Assembly: GCF_964213995.1 (NCBI RefSeq)
Contig: NW_027590255.1
Location: 310,001 to 374,000 of the forward strand
Reading direction: 5' to 3'
Length of the DNA stretch: 64,000 nucleotides
Source of the DNA: Mustelus asterias
Lineage: Eukaryota
Shown here one piece after another: positions 49,421-61,669 of the stretch (the stretch's first letter is position 1; each line of letters starts with the position of its first letter). Below the pieces are notes generated by a model, which saw only the letters and a list, made by a program, of their open reading frames with translations, ran no database searches and was not told where the DNA came from. The translations under genes were made by a program, and so were the position numbers.

Positions 49421-51116
49421 TCCTGGGTTAGTTACACAGGCCACCATTACATTGAATAAAACAGCACAAGGAATTAAATTTAAACCCATCAGCATTCCGA
49501 AAGAGATTTCCTCTCCCTTTAGTGCAATACTTCCTCTTATCTAAAGTACAGCCTCAAAATGTATTCCTATCCTTATTTGTCCAATGACATTTTGAATTTA
49601 CTTTTCATTCTAATTGGCTTCGATTATAGGCACCATATTCAAGATCACAGCAATTTGCTGCCAATTGTAACGACAAATGTGTTCCCTGACGGTTTTCTTT
49701 GTTCTTTTATATCATTCACAATGAACCCGTGCCAGTGTTTCACAGAAACATTTTATTTCAATTTACTCCATTGAAACTGATCACGATTTCACTCACCTCT
49801 CTGAAAACTCCTCTCAACTTTAGTACTGACTTCAAACGATATGAATGCAGGAAGTATGAATTTAGTTTCGAAGTTCTGTAATTACATAACAAGTGAGCTG
49901 CTGCAGAGACAAACAGTTAATAGCAAATATTTCAGATCAACATCTGCCCATCAGAACTGTTTGAAGTTAGAAATGTAATACATTACAGGCAAATGGAGAG
50001 GAGAGGGGCTCATGTGAAAAAGAACGAAATGGAATATCTGTGACATGCACACATGCATTAAATAATAAGAATTAGTTACACAGTGAAAGGGATAATCACC
50101 AGATACATAAAGTAAGAAAAATCTGAATGGAGGAGAGGTGCTCTGAACACCAGGAAAGACCCAGGACAGAATGATCCATGTGAGAGTGAGATGCAGAATG
50201 AAAATGGCAGGTGACTAGAAACTCTTCTCAGAAATTCAATCATCATTGTGAACTGATTGGAAATGTTCCAAGTGTGGGACATGGGAGCGACACACTTGAG
50301 AACCCTGCCTGCCACAGAGCGGTGAGAGGATTGGTTGAGGAAAGGGAAGAAATATCAGAAGTTCCCGAATGGAAGGCCGCATTACCTTTCCTCACAGTTC
50401 AGTGTCTATATGCAGGAGAAATAGCTTTTGCAACATTATAGTTTTTCTAAAATTTCACTGCTAATGATGTGCTCTGCATTGGTAGATTGAGTGACTGCTT
50501 TGTGGAACATCTCCCATCAGTCCAGAAGCATGACTCAGATCCAATCCTGAACGAGAATCCCAAACCTAAATAAAGTAAACTAGGAAGTTATGAGAGGTGA
50601 GTTTGCTAAAATAGATTACGGATTAATAGATTCATAAAATGGCATAACGGTCGATAGGCAATAGCTAATATTTAATGTTTAATATTTAAGGCATAGTTGT
50701 GTGTAATGAAAGAGTTATACATTCCTTTCTGGCACGTAAACATAACTGGAAAGTGCCCCAATCATGGATAACAAAATAAATTAAATAGTATTGGATCCAA
50801 AGAAGAATATGAGATTATAAATGCGTGGAGCATCAGTCGGCCATTTGTCAGCTCGAGCCTGCACCGCCATTCAATAAGATCATGGCTGATCTTTTCATGA
50901 ACACTTTACACAAATGATCAGTCGGTCCATTCTCCTTTGTCTGTGTCTCCTGACAGTCTCTTGCTGCTTTTATGTGTGTTCCATTCTTGCTGTATTAAGC
51001 ATGGAATTGTGCCGCCAGGCGGAGCTGCCTCATTTTCTGACATTAAACAGCAATGCAACAGTGACATTTTGTCCTACTACAGCTCAACAATAATAAGCAG
51101 GAAGCTGTTAGGTAAT

Positions 51117-51188
51117 AACAGAGTGGCGGAGCGGAAGCGTGCTGCGCCCATAACCCAGAGGTCGATGGATCGAAACCATTTTCTGCTA
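51117..51188 (+). pseudogene. Initiator tRNA-Met(CAT), probably a pseudogene
   Basis: Vertebrate tRNA-iMet with ~5 substitutions in acceptor, D, anticodon and T stems; tttt downstream. Confidence 0.8.
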
Positions 51189-52366
51189 TTCACCTTTTCA
51201 GGAGCAGTTTGAAAGAAAAACATTTTGCAGTTCCCCACAAGTGTCTCTTCTATTTCTTTGCAGGAAACAGTTATTTTCATCAACTCTCGCTTGCAATAAA
51301 CAATTTGATCTGCAACAAGCTCACTGCTGTAAATGCTACAAACAGCTTTCCCACTTTCCTCAGGGCAGTTCTGACAGTCAAATGACCTTTAAATCACAGA
51401 ATCCCTACAGTGCTGAAGGAGACTATTTGGCCCATTGAAACTGCACTGACTCTCCGACAGAGCATCCCATCCATGTCCTATAGCCAGAGCCCCACGCACC
51501 CACCCCGCTAATCTACCTGACCTTCATTTTTTACCACACAAAGGGCAATCTAGAATGACCAATCCACCCAACCTGCACATCTTTGGACTGTGGAAGGAAG
51601 CCGGAGTACCCGGTTTCCAGATGTAACTTGCCTGGGTGAATGCAGCTCCAACAACACTAGAAGTTTGACACTATCCAGTACAAAGCATCTGACTTAATTC
51701 GTTTCCCATCCACAAAGAGTCACTCCCTGCACCAAAAGTTAAAGTTAAAGTGTATTTATGAGTCACAATAAGGCTTATGTTACCATTGACAGACAGGGTC
51801 AGCAGTGCACACCATCTACAAGATGCATTGCCAGAATTCACAAAGGTTTATTTGACAGAACCTTCCAAACCCACCATGACTATAGCCAAGAAGGAAAAGG
51901 AAAAGCAGATGCATCAGAACAACATCACCTGGAAATCTCCCTCCAAGCCACTCATCATCAGGGCTTGGAAATATATCGTCGTTCCTTCAGTGTCAGTCGG
52001 TCAGAGTCCAGGAACTTCCCACTCCCCAACATCCCCCCCCCCCAAAAAAAAACGCACTGTGGGTGTACCTATATGGCATTGGCAGCAGCAGTTGAAGATT
52101 GCAGTTCAGCACCGCCTACCCCAGGGCAATTATGGGTGGCAATAAATCCTGGCCGAGCCAGTGATGCCCTCATCCCATGAATGGATAAAGTAAAAAAAAA
52201 ACAACTGATCAAAAAGGTTCCTCCTCACATCTGCCTTAAAGGGGAGGTCACATCTTTCAAAAAAAATTCTGCTCTTCTGGTCACATTTTCAGTGTAATTC
52301 TGAGCACAATCAGGATTATTTAGTATGTGTTTCCCCATTGCAGAATCACATTGTGCAGTAGCGACC

Positions 52367-52560
52367 AAAAGAGAAAATGCTGGAGAATCTCAGCAGGTCT
52401 GGCAGCATCTGTATGGACAGAAAAGAGCAGACGTTTCCATTCCAGATGACCCTTTGTCGAAGACCTTTGTCATCTTACAGATGCTGCCAGACCTGCTGAG
52501 ATTTTCCAGAATTTTCTCTTTTGATTTCAGATTCCAGCATCCACAGTAATTTGCTTTTAT
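52367..52560. mobile_element. Fold-back element of a second, probably Penelope-related family
   Basis: ~45-bp inverted arms plus ~37-bp tail; ttgtgca.tag.gacc at 52351-52366 and 52561-52576. Confidence 0.7.
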
Positions 52561-54007
52561 TTGTGCAATAGAGACCTGCCTGGTGATGTGTATGGTAGGA
52601 ATTGTCGTCATGATCCATCATATCCCCGTAGGTATGGGCTGCCCAAGACACACAATCAGTGTTGGAATCAATTCACATGTTTCAGTATCTGGTTCCATTC
52701 TGTATCTGAATTTGTCTGGTGTTATTTCTGAAGGTGCCAGTTATATATATCTGGCAGACACTTATAAAGTGTGTGAGTGTTGGATCATTCTGGACCTGTC
52801 AATGGCCTCTATATCTGTGAGCATTTTATATAAGTGTGGCAAACATCAGTAATTTTAAATCCCCTGCTGCTGTTTATGGAACATATGTTTTAATTCCCCT
52901 GGTACTGTTTGCAGAACATCAGCTTCATGCTGTTCCTGTCAGTGGAATTAATCATGTATGTAAATCGATGGTGCTGTTTAAAATTGTGTGTCTCATCTGG
53001 GATTTTGTACTTACGTCTCTCTCTATCTAATCTTCCATTTGTTTCCGTTACTCTGTGTGAGCCTTTGGTTGTTTCCAAATCCCTCAGTGATACAATTGGT
53101 GTGTGTGTGATTTATTTCATATGACTCAGACTCAGCTCCTGTGAGTGAGTGCAGTAAACAGCCTGTACTTTTCAGCTGTTGATGCTGAACATGTGATCAG
53201 AACTATTCTCTTATTTATCAGTCTTTGGTATTTAGTGTGAGTATGGGATTAATTAAATAACCTTCAATCTCTGGGACAAGTTATCTATTTGGATTAATTC
53301 CAAATAACTTTCCAACACAGAAATAGGCCACTGATGCAGTAGGTTTGAAGCAAATAATGTGAGTGAGTTTATGCCCAGCAATAAATCTCTGTTACTGTGA
53401 ACACAATTGTGAAAGATAATGTATCCTCTAATCTGATACTAGATTGCTTTGCAAGTTTCACTCAGGTTGTTCACATTGATTTGATCTGTGACAGTCTGAT
53501 TCTGAGTAAGAATTTTGACATGAGTGTAAAATGGAGCTCAGTCTGGAATTGCTACAGTGTCTTCCATCTGGCTCAGTCTGAGTGAGGATTAGTTTATAAT
53601 TTATGGTTCAGTTCATAGTCATCATACTGATATTGTAACTTTTAGTTTCATAATGTGGGTGAGTTTTCAACTGGAACCTGAGTTTGTATCTCAGGTTATA
53701 CTCGCTTTCAGAATATCTCAATCTGAGATTGTCTTTCAGATTTGTATCGAATGTATTTGTGAGAACTCGCCATGGCGATTAGTACTGCCAGTTCCAAACC
53801 CCTAATGTGGGTGATATGACTGGTATTTAACTGGAATCTCAAAGTACATTATTAAGGTTGATTGTGTAACATTTAACCAAAAAACCATTTTACGGTTTTA
53901 TCAGATACTTAATTTGGAGCTAAGGCTGCTCTATTGTGGGATTGACACCGTGATGATCTGATAATGGTTTGGACTGGGATTTATGGATCACCCTGTCGGC
54001 GGTATTG

Positions 54008-54150
54008 AGATTGATTTGATTTCTTATTGTGACAAGAAATAATTACTATGCTGTGAAAACTCTGGTTTCTTGCGCACTATTCAGACCGAGCATACCGTTC
54101 GCAGAGTATATAGGGGAGAAGGAAAGGAGAGGGTGCAGAATGCAGTGTTA
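54008..54150 (-). mobile_element. Rex1/Babar LINE 3' tail abutting the tRNA terminator
   Basis: Mirror of 8200-8337. Confidence 0.7.
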
Positions 54151-54160
54151 AAAATCCTTC

Positions 54161-54243
54161 TACCAGGAGTGGGGTTCGAACCCACGCGGACATATGTCCA
54201 TTGGATCTTAAGTCCAACGCCTTTACCACTCGGCCATCCTGGT
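54161..54243 (-). tRNA. tRNA-Leu(TAA)
   Basis: accaggatggccgagtggtaaaggcgttggacttaagatccaatgg...ggttcgaaccccactcctggta; stems intact; TTTTT terminator at 54150-54154. Confidence 0.95.
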
Positions 54244-55486
54244 ACGAAAACTAGACGTGATAGGGACACAGCGTCTGCCTTTCCTGCTGTTTGATTGCTG
54301 GATTAAAAATGTGCCTCTGGAATCATTTCTGTTCTCGGAGACTGTAGAATTGTGAGAAGGAGCTGGGACATTCTTCCCTGTAACTCCTGTGGAGGAAATA
54401 TCTGGTTTCTTCAAATATTTATCTGTGGAAACAAAGTACATTTAATATCTCAAATACAGATTCCGTCAGTTTAATCTCTATTAATAATCATTGTGAGCGA
54501 TTTGCGAGGCTGCAGCCAGACTCTAGCTCTGATTGGACACTCTCATGTCAATCCAATTCTTCACCAATCGGAGAGCCAGGGAGGTTTTGATTGGTTCACA
54601 TTTTCAAATTGGAAAAACCCGCCAATTTCAGTGCAGGAAAAATACAAAATAACGGAACGCCTGAATGTTCAGGAAACTATTTCAATCTCACGCTTTATAA
54701 TTTGTTTATTGTATTTTCCCTCACAGAATCCTGGCGCTATTTTAGGAACAGTTTGAACTTCTCAATCTCTTATCTGTAACCGGCGGTAATCAGACCCCGT
54801 TCAGCAATTTAAAACGGAGCAAATCTCAGCTCAGTGGAAAAGCAGAAACATAGAGATCACCAACCAACTCCTTCACACAAGCTTCACAGGGACAGAGATA
54901 AACGGCTGATTTCTGATCCTCTCCCCTGAAAGCTGTCGGGAATGTTCCAATGGAAGGTGTGGAGAGAATTCCTGACTCAATCCCGCCGGTGGAACAGCCA
55001 GGTTTGTGCCCGGAGAATAGGGAGCGCCGGGGGGAGGCAGATCTTAAAGCGCTGCAATGAACTCAGGCGCTGCTTGTGCACAGATCTCGCTGATTCCGTC
55101 CTCTGGGAAAACTGCGGAAGAAACAGATCAGCCCGAGAATAACCTCTTCATTCCCGCCTTTACTCTGTTGCGGGAGCGGTGCCCAGATAACTCGAGTGAA
55201 AAAAAAAACCTTATTCTGAAACTGAATATAGTTATCATTAAATGTAAATAATTACGTCCTGATATTGTGCTGGGCCTCATTGTCCGTCACAAATCCCAGA
55301 CTGGGGTTTAAAATCTGCTCTCAGTTCAGTTTGATTGTCCCTTCAATGTGAGAGTGTGTGTAAGGGGCGGATATGAAGTAACATTCACAGCATTCCGGAA
55401 CGGGACAAATCTCTATCCTCCAGAAAGAGATTTCTCATTAACTCAATAAGGGAAAAGATGGTGCAGATTTTTCAGAGATTGTGGCT

Positions 55487-55502
55487 GGCTCTTAAAAGAG
55501 CC
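55487..55502 (-). other. Orphan histone stem-loop in H2B-type 3' UTR context
   Basis: ggctcttttaagagcc with H2B-like flanks and no H2B CDS upstream. Confidence 0.85.
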
Positions 55503-55689
55503 GTTGAGTTTGAGGTGTTTTTCAGCCATCAATCTTTGATGCTGTTTCTCACTCTGGGGCAATTGTGTACCTGCATTTAAATAATTACCTCAGACATGGT
55601 GCTGGAAATGATATTTCTAACATATGTAAAATGTTCACCAATAAATAGCATAAATTTACATGCATTAAAACACCTGGGTCAATAATGTG

Positions 55690-55769
55690 GTAAGAAGTCT
55701 CACAACACCAGGTTAAAGTGAGACTTCTTACCGTGTTCACCCCAGTCCAACGCCGGCATCTCCACATCA
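55690..55769. mobile_element. Penelope-derived micro fold-back with 11-bp TSD
   Basis: gtaagaagtctcac...gtgagacttcttac plus tail; tcaataatgtg at 55679-55689 and 55770-55780. Confidence 0.85.
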
Positions 55770-55891
55770 TCAATAATGTGCACAGGGCGAACGACGGATT
55801 GATAAAGCAAAGCGAGAAACAGCTCTACTGTGAATAGCAGTACACTGTCTCTGACGGTTAAACAGATCACCCTTTTTCAGATAAAGTGAGT

Positions 55892-55907
55892 GGCTCTGAA
55901 AAGAGCC
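55892..55907 (-). terminator. Histone 3' stem-loop (H2A)
   Basis: ggctcttttcagagcc on minus strand. Confidence 0.95.
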
Positions 55908-55937
55908 TTTGGGTTATCAGATTAAAGAATGGCCGCT

Positions 55938-56387
<450 letters not shown>

Positions 56388-56460
56388 TTATAGCTCTGGG
56401 AGGAATGGAGGTGCGGACATTGCTGATTGGTCACTTTGTTGCTGCCTCTCAGCATCTTGT

Positions 56461-56617
56461 CCTCTTCTAAGGTCAAACCAAACCAAGTAAACAAACTCAG
56501 ATTAAATCAGGACACAGTAAAAGGGGGCAGCTCCCCAAAAAGGAGGGGGAACAGCCCGAACAGAAATCAAAGTACAAAGGAAACTTAAAAACATCAAATT
56601 AAAATGTGATTATTAGG
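56461..56617 (-). mobile_element. 157-bp insertion with 14-bp TSD, likely a Tx1/L1-type 3' end
   Basis: tctcagcatcttgt at 56447-56460 and 56618-56631; empty site near 4534-4547. Confidence 0.75.
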
Positions 56618-57285
56618 TCTCAGCATCTTGTTCATATGACCAATCAGAAATCTGCTTAACTCACCAATCCGGAGAGCCCACGGAGTGAGGGCGGAAAATA
56701 ACGGCGCCAAAATCTCAGATTCCAACCGATTTCATTTCAAACTGTAAAAGCCGCCAAAGGGGAAAATAACAATAATTTCGGAAATTATTCTAATCGGTAA
56801 TGGTGAATTCATTTTGAGTAATGTAAGAATCTCCCTTTCTCTCTTCCCCAGTCTATAGTTAACCTGTATCTGGCAGTCTCTGACAGTCTCTGATTTTCAG
56901 TCTGGGTTTATCTGAAAACAAGCCGAAAATAAATTATTCAAATTTGGAAACTTCGCAGATATATTTCTCAAACAAGAAATACGGTTAATAACAAATCCCA
57001 TCAATAATTAACTATCTATCAACAACGTTTTTAAAACATCAGTCTGTGTTTGCACAATTTCACATTTTATCCCAAGTTGCAGATTTGCTTTTAGAATGCG
57101 GGATACATTCGGGGTTAATCTCTTTTTAAAACTCTCGAACCAGCCGCCAGAAAGTTTCATTGACATCGTTCTGCAAACGGACGGGCTGTTCTCAATCTTC
57201 GTCGAGACTGAGGGTTCCTGCACAACCGGGGCTTATCGGGAATAAACTAATCGATCATTGAGACCAAACTGGAAACTGAGGAGTT

Positions 57286-57508
57286 TGCACTTTTTCCCTC
57301 CGATTCCGCGTGGTTTTCCTGCGGGCACTCCGCTTTCTTCCCACAGCCCAAAGATATGCGGGTTGGGTGGATTGGCTATGCTGAATTACCCCAGTATGAG
57401 GGGGATTAACAGGGTAAATATTTAGGGTTACGAGGATGGGTGAGGGATTGTTGTAGGTGCAGACTCGATGGGCCAAATGGCCCCCTGTACTGCAGGGATT
57501 CGATGATT
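57286..57508 (+). mobile_element. 5'-truncated HE1-like SINE in the H2B-H2A spacer
   Basis: V-domain and tail; absent from left arm (~3830-3860). Confidence 0.75.
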
Positions 57509-57784
57509 CTGACACATTTGCTCCATTACCTCGCTCTCTCTCTAAAGCCTGGAAAAGGGACCGAATATCAACGCGTCTGAGATCTAAACCCACAGAGGGT
57601 GAGGAACTAGTTAATTAATTTTAAATACTCAGACCCAATGATCCACCGAGCGGTTGACTTACATTACTCCGTGTCTATCATTGATAACCAGAAAAACAAC
57701 AATTATCATTGTTCGAGACGCTGCGTCGTAAAATAATAATTGAAACTAAATGGATGATACAGCCTTTTCCCAGGGATTGTGGGT

Positions 57785-57800
57785 GGCTCTTAAAAGAGCC
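57785..57800 (-). terminator. Histone 3' stem-loop (H2B)
   Basis: ggctcttttaagagcc on minus strand. Confidence 0.95.
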
Positions 57801-57836
57801 GTTGTGTTTGGGATGTTTTTCAGTCCATGGGGAGTT

Positions 57837-58214
57837 TTACTTGGAGCTGGTGTACTTGGTCACCGCCTTTGTCCCTTCCGACACGGCGTGCTTGGCCAGT
57901 TCCCCGGGCAGCAGCAGGCGCACGGCGGTCTGGATCTCCCGGGAGCTGATGGTGCTGCGCTTGTTGTAATGGGCCAGGCGGGAAGCCTCACCCGCGATGC
58001 GCTCGAAAATATCGTTGACGAACGAGTTCATGATGCTCATGGCCTTGGATGAGATGCCGGTGTCGGGGTGAACCTGCTTCATCACTTTGTAGACGTAGAT
58101 GGAGTAACTCTCCTTCCTGGATCTTTTCCTCTTCTTGCCTCCCTTTGCTGGCAGCTTTTTCTGCGTTTTTTTAGCGCCCTTCTTGGAAACCGGTGCTTTC
58201 TTCTCATCCACCAT
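57837..58214 (-). CDS. H2B: Histone H2B, 125 aa
   Basis: [13 protein letters not shown]...KYTSSK. Confidence 0.98.
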   Translation of the reverse strand: MVDEKKAPVSKKGAKKTQKKLPAKGGKKRKRSRKESYSIYVYKVMKQVHPDTGISSKAMSIMNSFVNDIFERIAGEASRLAHYNKRSTISSREIQTAVRLLLPGELAKHAVSEGTKAVTKYTSSK

Positions 58215-58863
58215 TGTCACAGTTAATTTCAGACACAGAATCACTGAGTCGCGCTCGGAACTCCTCTTTTATAGACCAAAGCAGAGGCCTATGCTAATGA
58301 AGCATGGCTGAAAGATCTGTTCCCCATTGGCTCATTCACAGTGATGTCAATTCGTGATGCTGTCTCTGATTGGTTAGTTTAGACACCCAAACACATTGGT
58401 TGCTGCTCAAATCCACAAACTGTCTGTTGTCAATCTGTCCTTTCCCCTTGTCCGCCCCGATCCACCCAACCCCGTGACCCTCTCACTCCCTCTCCCGCAC
58501 CAGGGCATTCTCTCTGCTGCTAATCCCACATCACTCTATCAGACTGCTGATACTGTTCATACATTTCCCCTTCCTCACCAGCACCAACTGCTCTGCTTTA
58601 CTTCCGCCCATCACCGGGAGCTGGCAGTGCAGAATATCTGGGCTCAGACAGGGGTTAATGCGAGCTCTGCTGTGCGTGTTAAAGGGGAATAAGTTTGATG
58701 AGCAGCAGCCACAAGTCCCACATGTGACACTAACATTGTGGCTAAAACAGAAAAGTGACTGAAAGAAGGACTGGAATGAGAGTTGGACATTACTGGCTGC
58801 AAGGTGTTCAGGGACGATTAGTCAAACAATCCCGGAGGGTGATTTACTGTTCAAAGCAACTAT

Positions 58864-59188
58864 TCGGCCTTTTGGCTAAGATCAAGTGTAGTATGGTCGG
58901 CAGCCCATGGTCGGCCGCACTTGGTCGAGGTCATTAGGTTACACTGAAGCTTCATATGAGGCAATTTTTAAAAGCGGCATCTCGGCCTTTTGGCTAAGAT
59001 GCAAATGAGCTCAAGTCTTGGAGGAGGAACCTCCCCCTCCTCCAATCAGCTTGGCTCATGTAGATCAGGCCCAGGACAGGGTGGTTTGGTCGCTCGCCCT
59101 GTCTTGTCAGCCTGGATCTGAAATGTCTCAACTTGTTGAGACTCTGAATTGGATTTGATTTGATTGAATTGGAAAAGTATAAAAAAAA
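58864..59188 (+). mobile_element. U2 snRNA-headed short retroelement (SINEU-like)
   Basis: U2 nt 9-39 at 58864-58894, U2 nt 7-27 at 58980-59000, A tail, aactatt on both sides. Confidence 0.75.
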
Positions 59189-60441
59189 CTATTAGAGTGC
59201 TGGGGGGATGACATTGAGGGATCAGAAACAGAATCTATTCGGTACCAGTTATGGAACAATGCGAGAGCGATTCCACAACAGGATACACACATTCTATTTC
59301 AAACTGCTTCTCTGCCAGCCATGTCCGAGTGGGTTTCATGCTGTGTCGATTAGTATCTGATATTTCGATGTTGCTTCTATCTCTGTCAGTCTATGGTCGG
59401 TGATGTTAAGATTTAATTCAGAAAATGCAATCTCTGATATATGTCCGTGTGTTTTATTTTCTCTATAACATTCAGTGTTTAAGAGAGTGTGGGCTTTACA
59501 GTATGTTGGTTCCGGGATGTTACTCTGTATTTCATTTGGCACCTGTTGGTTTCTGAAATGGAAAATCTTGCGATTTTTTTCTAGCTGCGCTTCTCAGTTT
59601 TGGATTTGTTTGTGTTATTTCACTACACACTTTAATTTCTGCCATGTGAGTAAGTTTTTAATCTACGCATAACAGTCTTTGGTATAAGTGTGTTGGTATT
59701 TTCCCAAACATGCTGTTCTATTATTTGGAGTGTGTCTCTACCACTAATTCTCAAGGTCTCAGTTATGTGTGATGTTACAGTTCCCATTGAGGTTGATATT
59801 GCCCAATGACCATCTGAAAGGGTCACATGACAAAGGTTCACAACTTGTACTGTAACAAATTAAAGTCAACACTAACCAACGAATCAACATTTGCCCCTTA
59901 GCGTCATGGAATTGAAGGATAAATACATGGGGTTACGGGAAAAGAGCCTGCGTGGGACTGTGGTCAGTGCAGACTCGATGGGCCGAATGGCCTCCTTCTG
60001 TACTGTATGGATTCTATGAAACGTCACTTAGTCACTAATGCACTAAATAGAGATGAGACACCATCCTGCCTACCATGACTATTAACTTATGCATGTTCTT
60101 TATTCAACATCTAGTACACTCTGCTAGCGAGGTGTGGATTGTTTATAAGTTCCTGAAACATAAATATGGATTTCAGTCTGTGCCAGTCATTTTCTGCTTT
60201 ATTCTGTCCCTTTCTGTTTCTGACCTGGAAGGATTTCAAGTAGGTCCTGCTGTCAGTGTGTGGTAGGTCTGCGTGTCTTTACGCAGAATCTGTTAATTGT
60301 TGCAATGTGAGTATTATTTTTCCTGTCAGTGTGAGGAAGATGTGGGTTGTACTCTGCAGCTGCTGTATTTTATGAGTAGCAGTGTTTTATGCTGTTCTTG
60401 TCAATTTGCTGATTGCAAATACAGTATTCTGTTTCCTACCT

Positions 60442-60753
60442 AATGGGGAAAGGCCACCGTGTAAAGCATCTCAACAGAGGCAGACCGAGGGCCGGGTAAC
60501 TGCAGAATACCCTCGGCCTGCGTAACTGTGTGCCAACCTGAAAAATAACGGCACACAGTAAACTCTGACGTATGTATATAGTTTTAAGAAATGAAATGTA
60601 ACTAAATGTAATGTTTTTGTAAATAAGCACTGTATTGTACTGTAAAAATGATTCTTTTTGCACTGTTTATGACTTTTGGATCTGTCATTTTGCAATGTTT
60701 TATTGGAGAGGTTTTTTTTTGTGAATAAAGTATGTTTTTGAAATAAATGAAAA
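60442..60753 (+). mobile_element. 5'-truncated Tx1/L1-type LINE 3' end with 16-bp TSD
   Basis: attctgtttcctacct at 60426-60441 and 60754-60769; WGKATV-stop, AT-rich UTR, aataaa, short A tail. Confidence 0.8.
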
Positions 60754-61669
60754 ATTCTGTTTCCTACCTCGAGTTTCTTTGCTTCTATGTTAGGTGACAA
60801 CAAATCCAGGAAACATGACCTGAGGTGAGGAGAAAGGGGAGGAGAAATTTCTTCACCCAGATCTTGGTCAATCTGTGGAGTAAATTTGAGATAGCTCTTT
60901 GGACTCAAGGGATCAAGGGATATGGGGGGAAGGCGGGAACAGGATATTGATCTTGATGATCAGCCACAATCAAAACGAATGTTGGAGCAGGCTCCAAGGG
61001 CCAAATGACCTACTCCTGCTTGTATCTTCTATGTTTCTATTTTTAACAGTTCCTGATGGTCTGATGAAAGTGAAATCAGGTTCAGCAAACCTGTTGGAGA
61101 TCTGAGGATGCAACTAACTGAACAGATCAGGAGTAACCAGCTGTTGTGGTATATTTACATTTTCAGAAATCCTTTGATAAGTTTCCACACAAGAGGTTAA
61201 TAAACACAATCAGAACACATGGTGAATACTGGCCTGGATTGAGAACTGGTTAAAGGACAGAAAACAGAGAATAGATATAAATAGGTCATATCAAGTTAGC
61301 AGACAATGACAAGTAGGGTACAACAAGGATCAGTGCTTGGGCCCCAACATTCACAATCTATATCAATCTTTGGAGAATGCACAAAATAAGCTGGAAGTGT
61401 GAGTTGTGAAGAGGAGGCAAAAACTCCTCAAGGGGATTTGAAGTGGCTAAGAGAGTGGGCAACAATTTTGCAGATGGAATGCAATGTGCAGAGTATTCCT
61501 GAAATGATGAGGGGCTTGAAAGTGTTGAAATTCAAAAGCACTTGACTGTTCCTGTTCATGAGTCACAGAAAACTAATCTGCAGCTAGAGCAAGCAATTAA
61601 GAAGGAAAATGGAATGTAAGCCTTTATTACAAGATGTTTTGAATATGGGATAAAGATGTTTTACTGTAC

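Noticed and set aside
58864-58894. Functional U2 snRNA gene
   Set aside because: Only nt 9-39 present; stems II-IV and the canonical Sm region are missing
59314-59380. Possible tRNA remnant (gccatgtccgagtgggtt)
   Set aside because: Only an A-box-like match; no B box or stems
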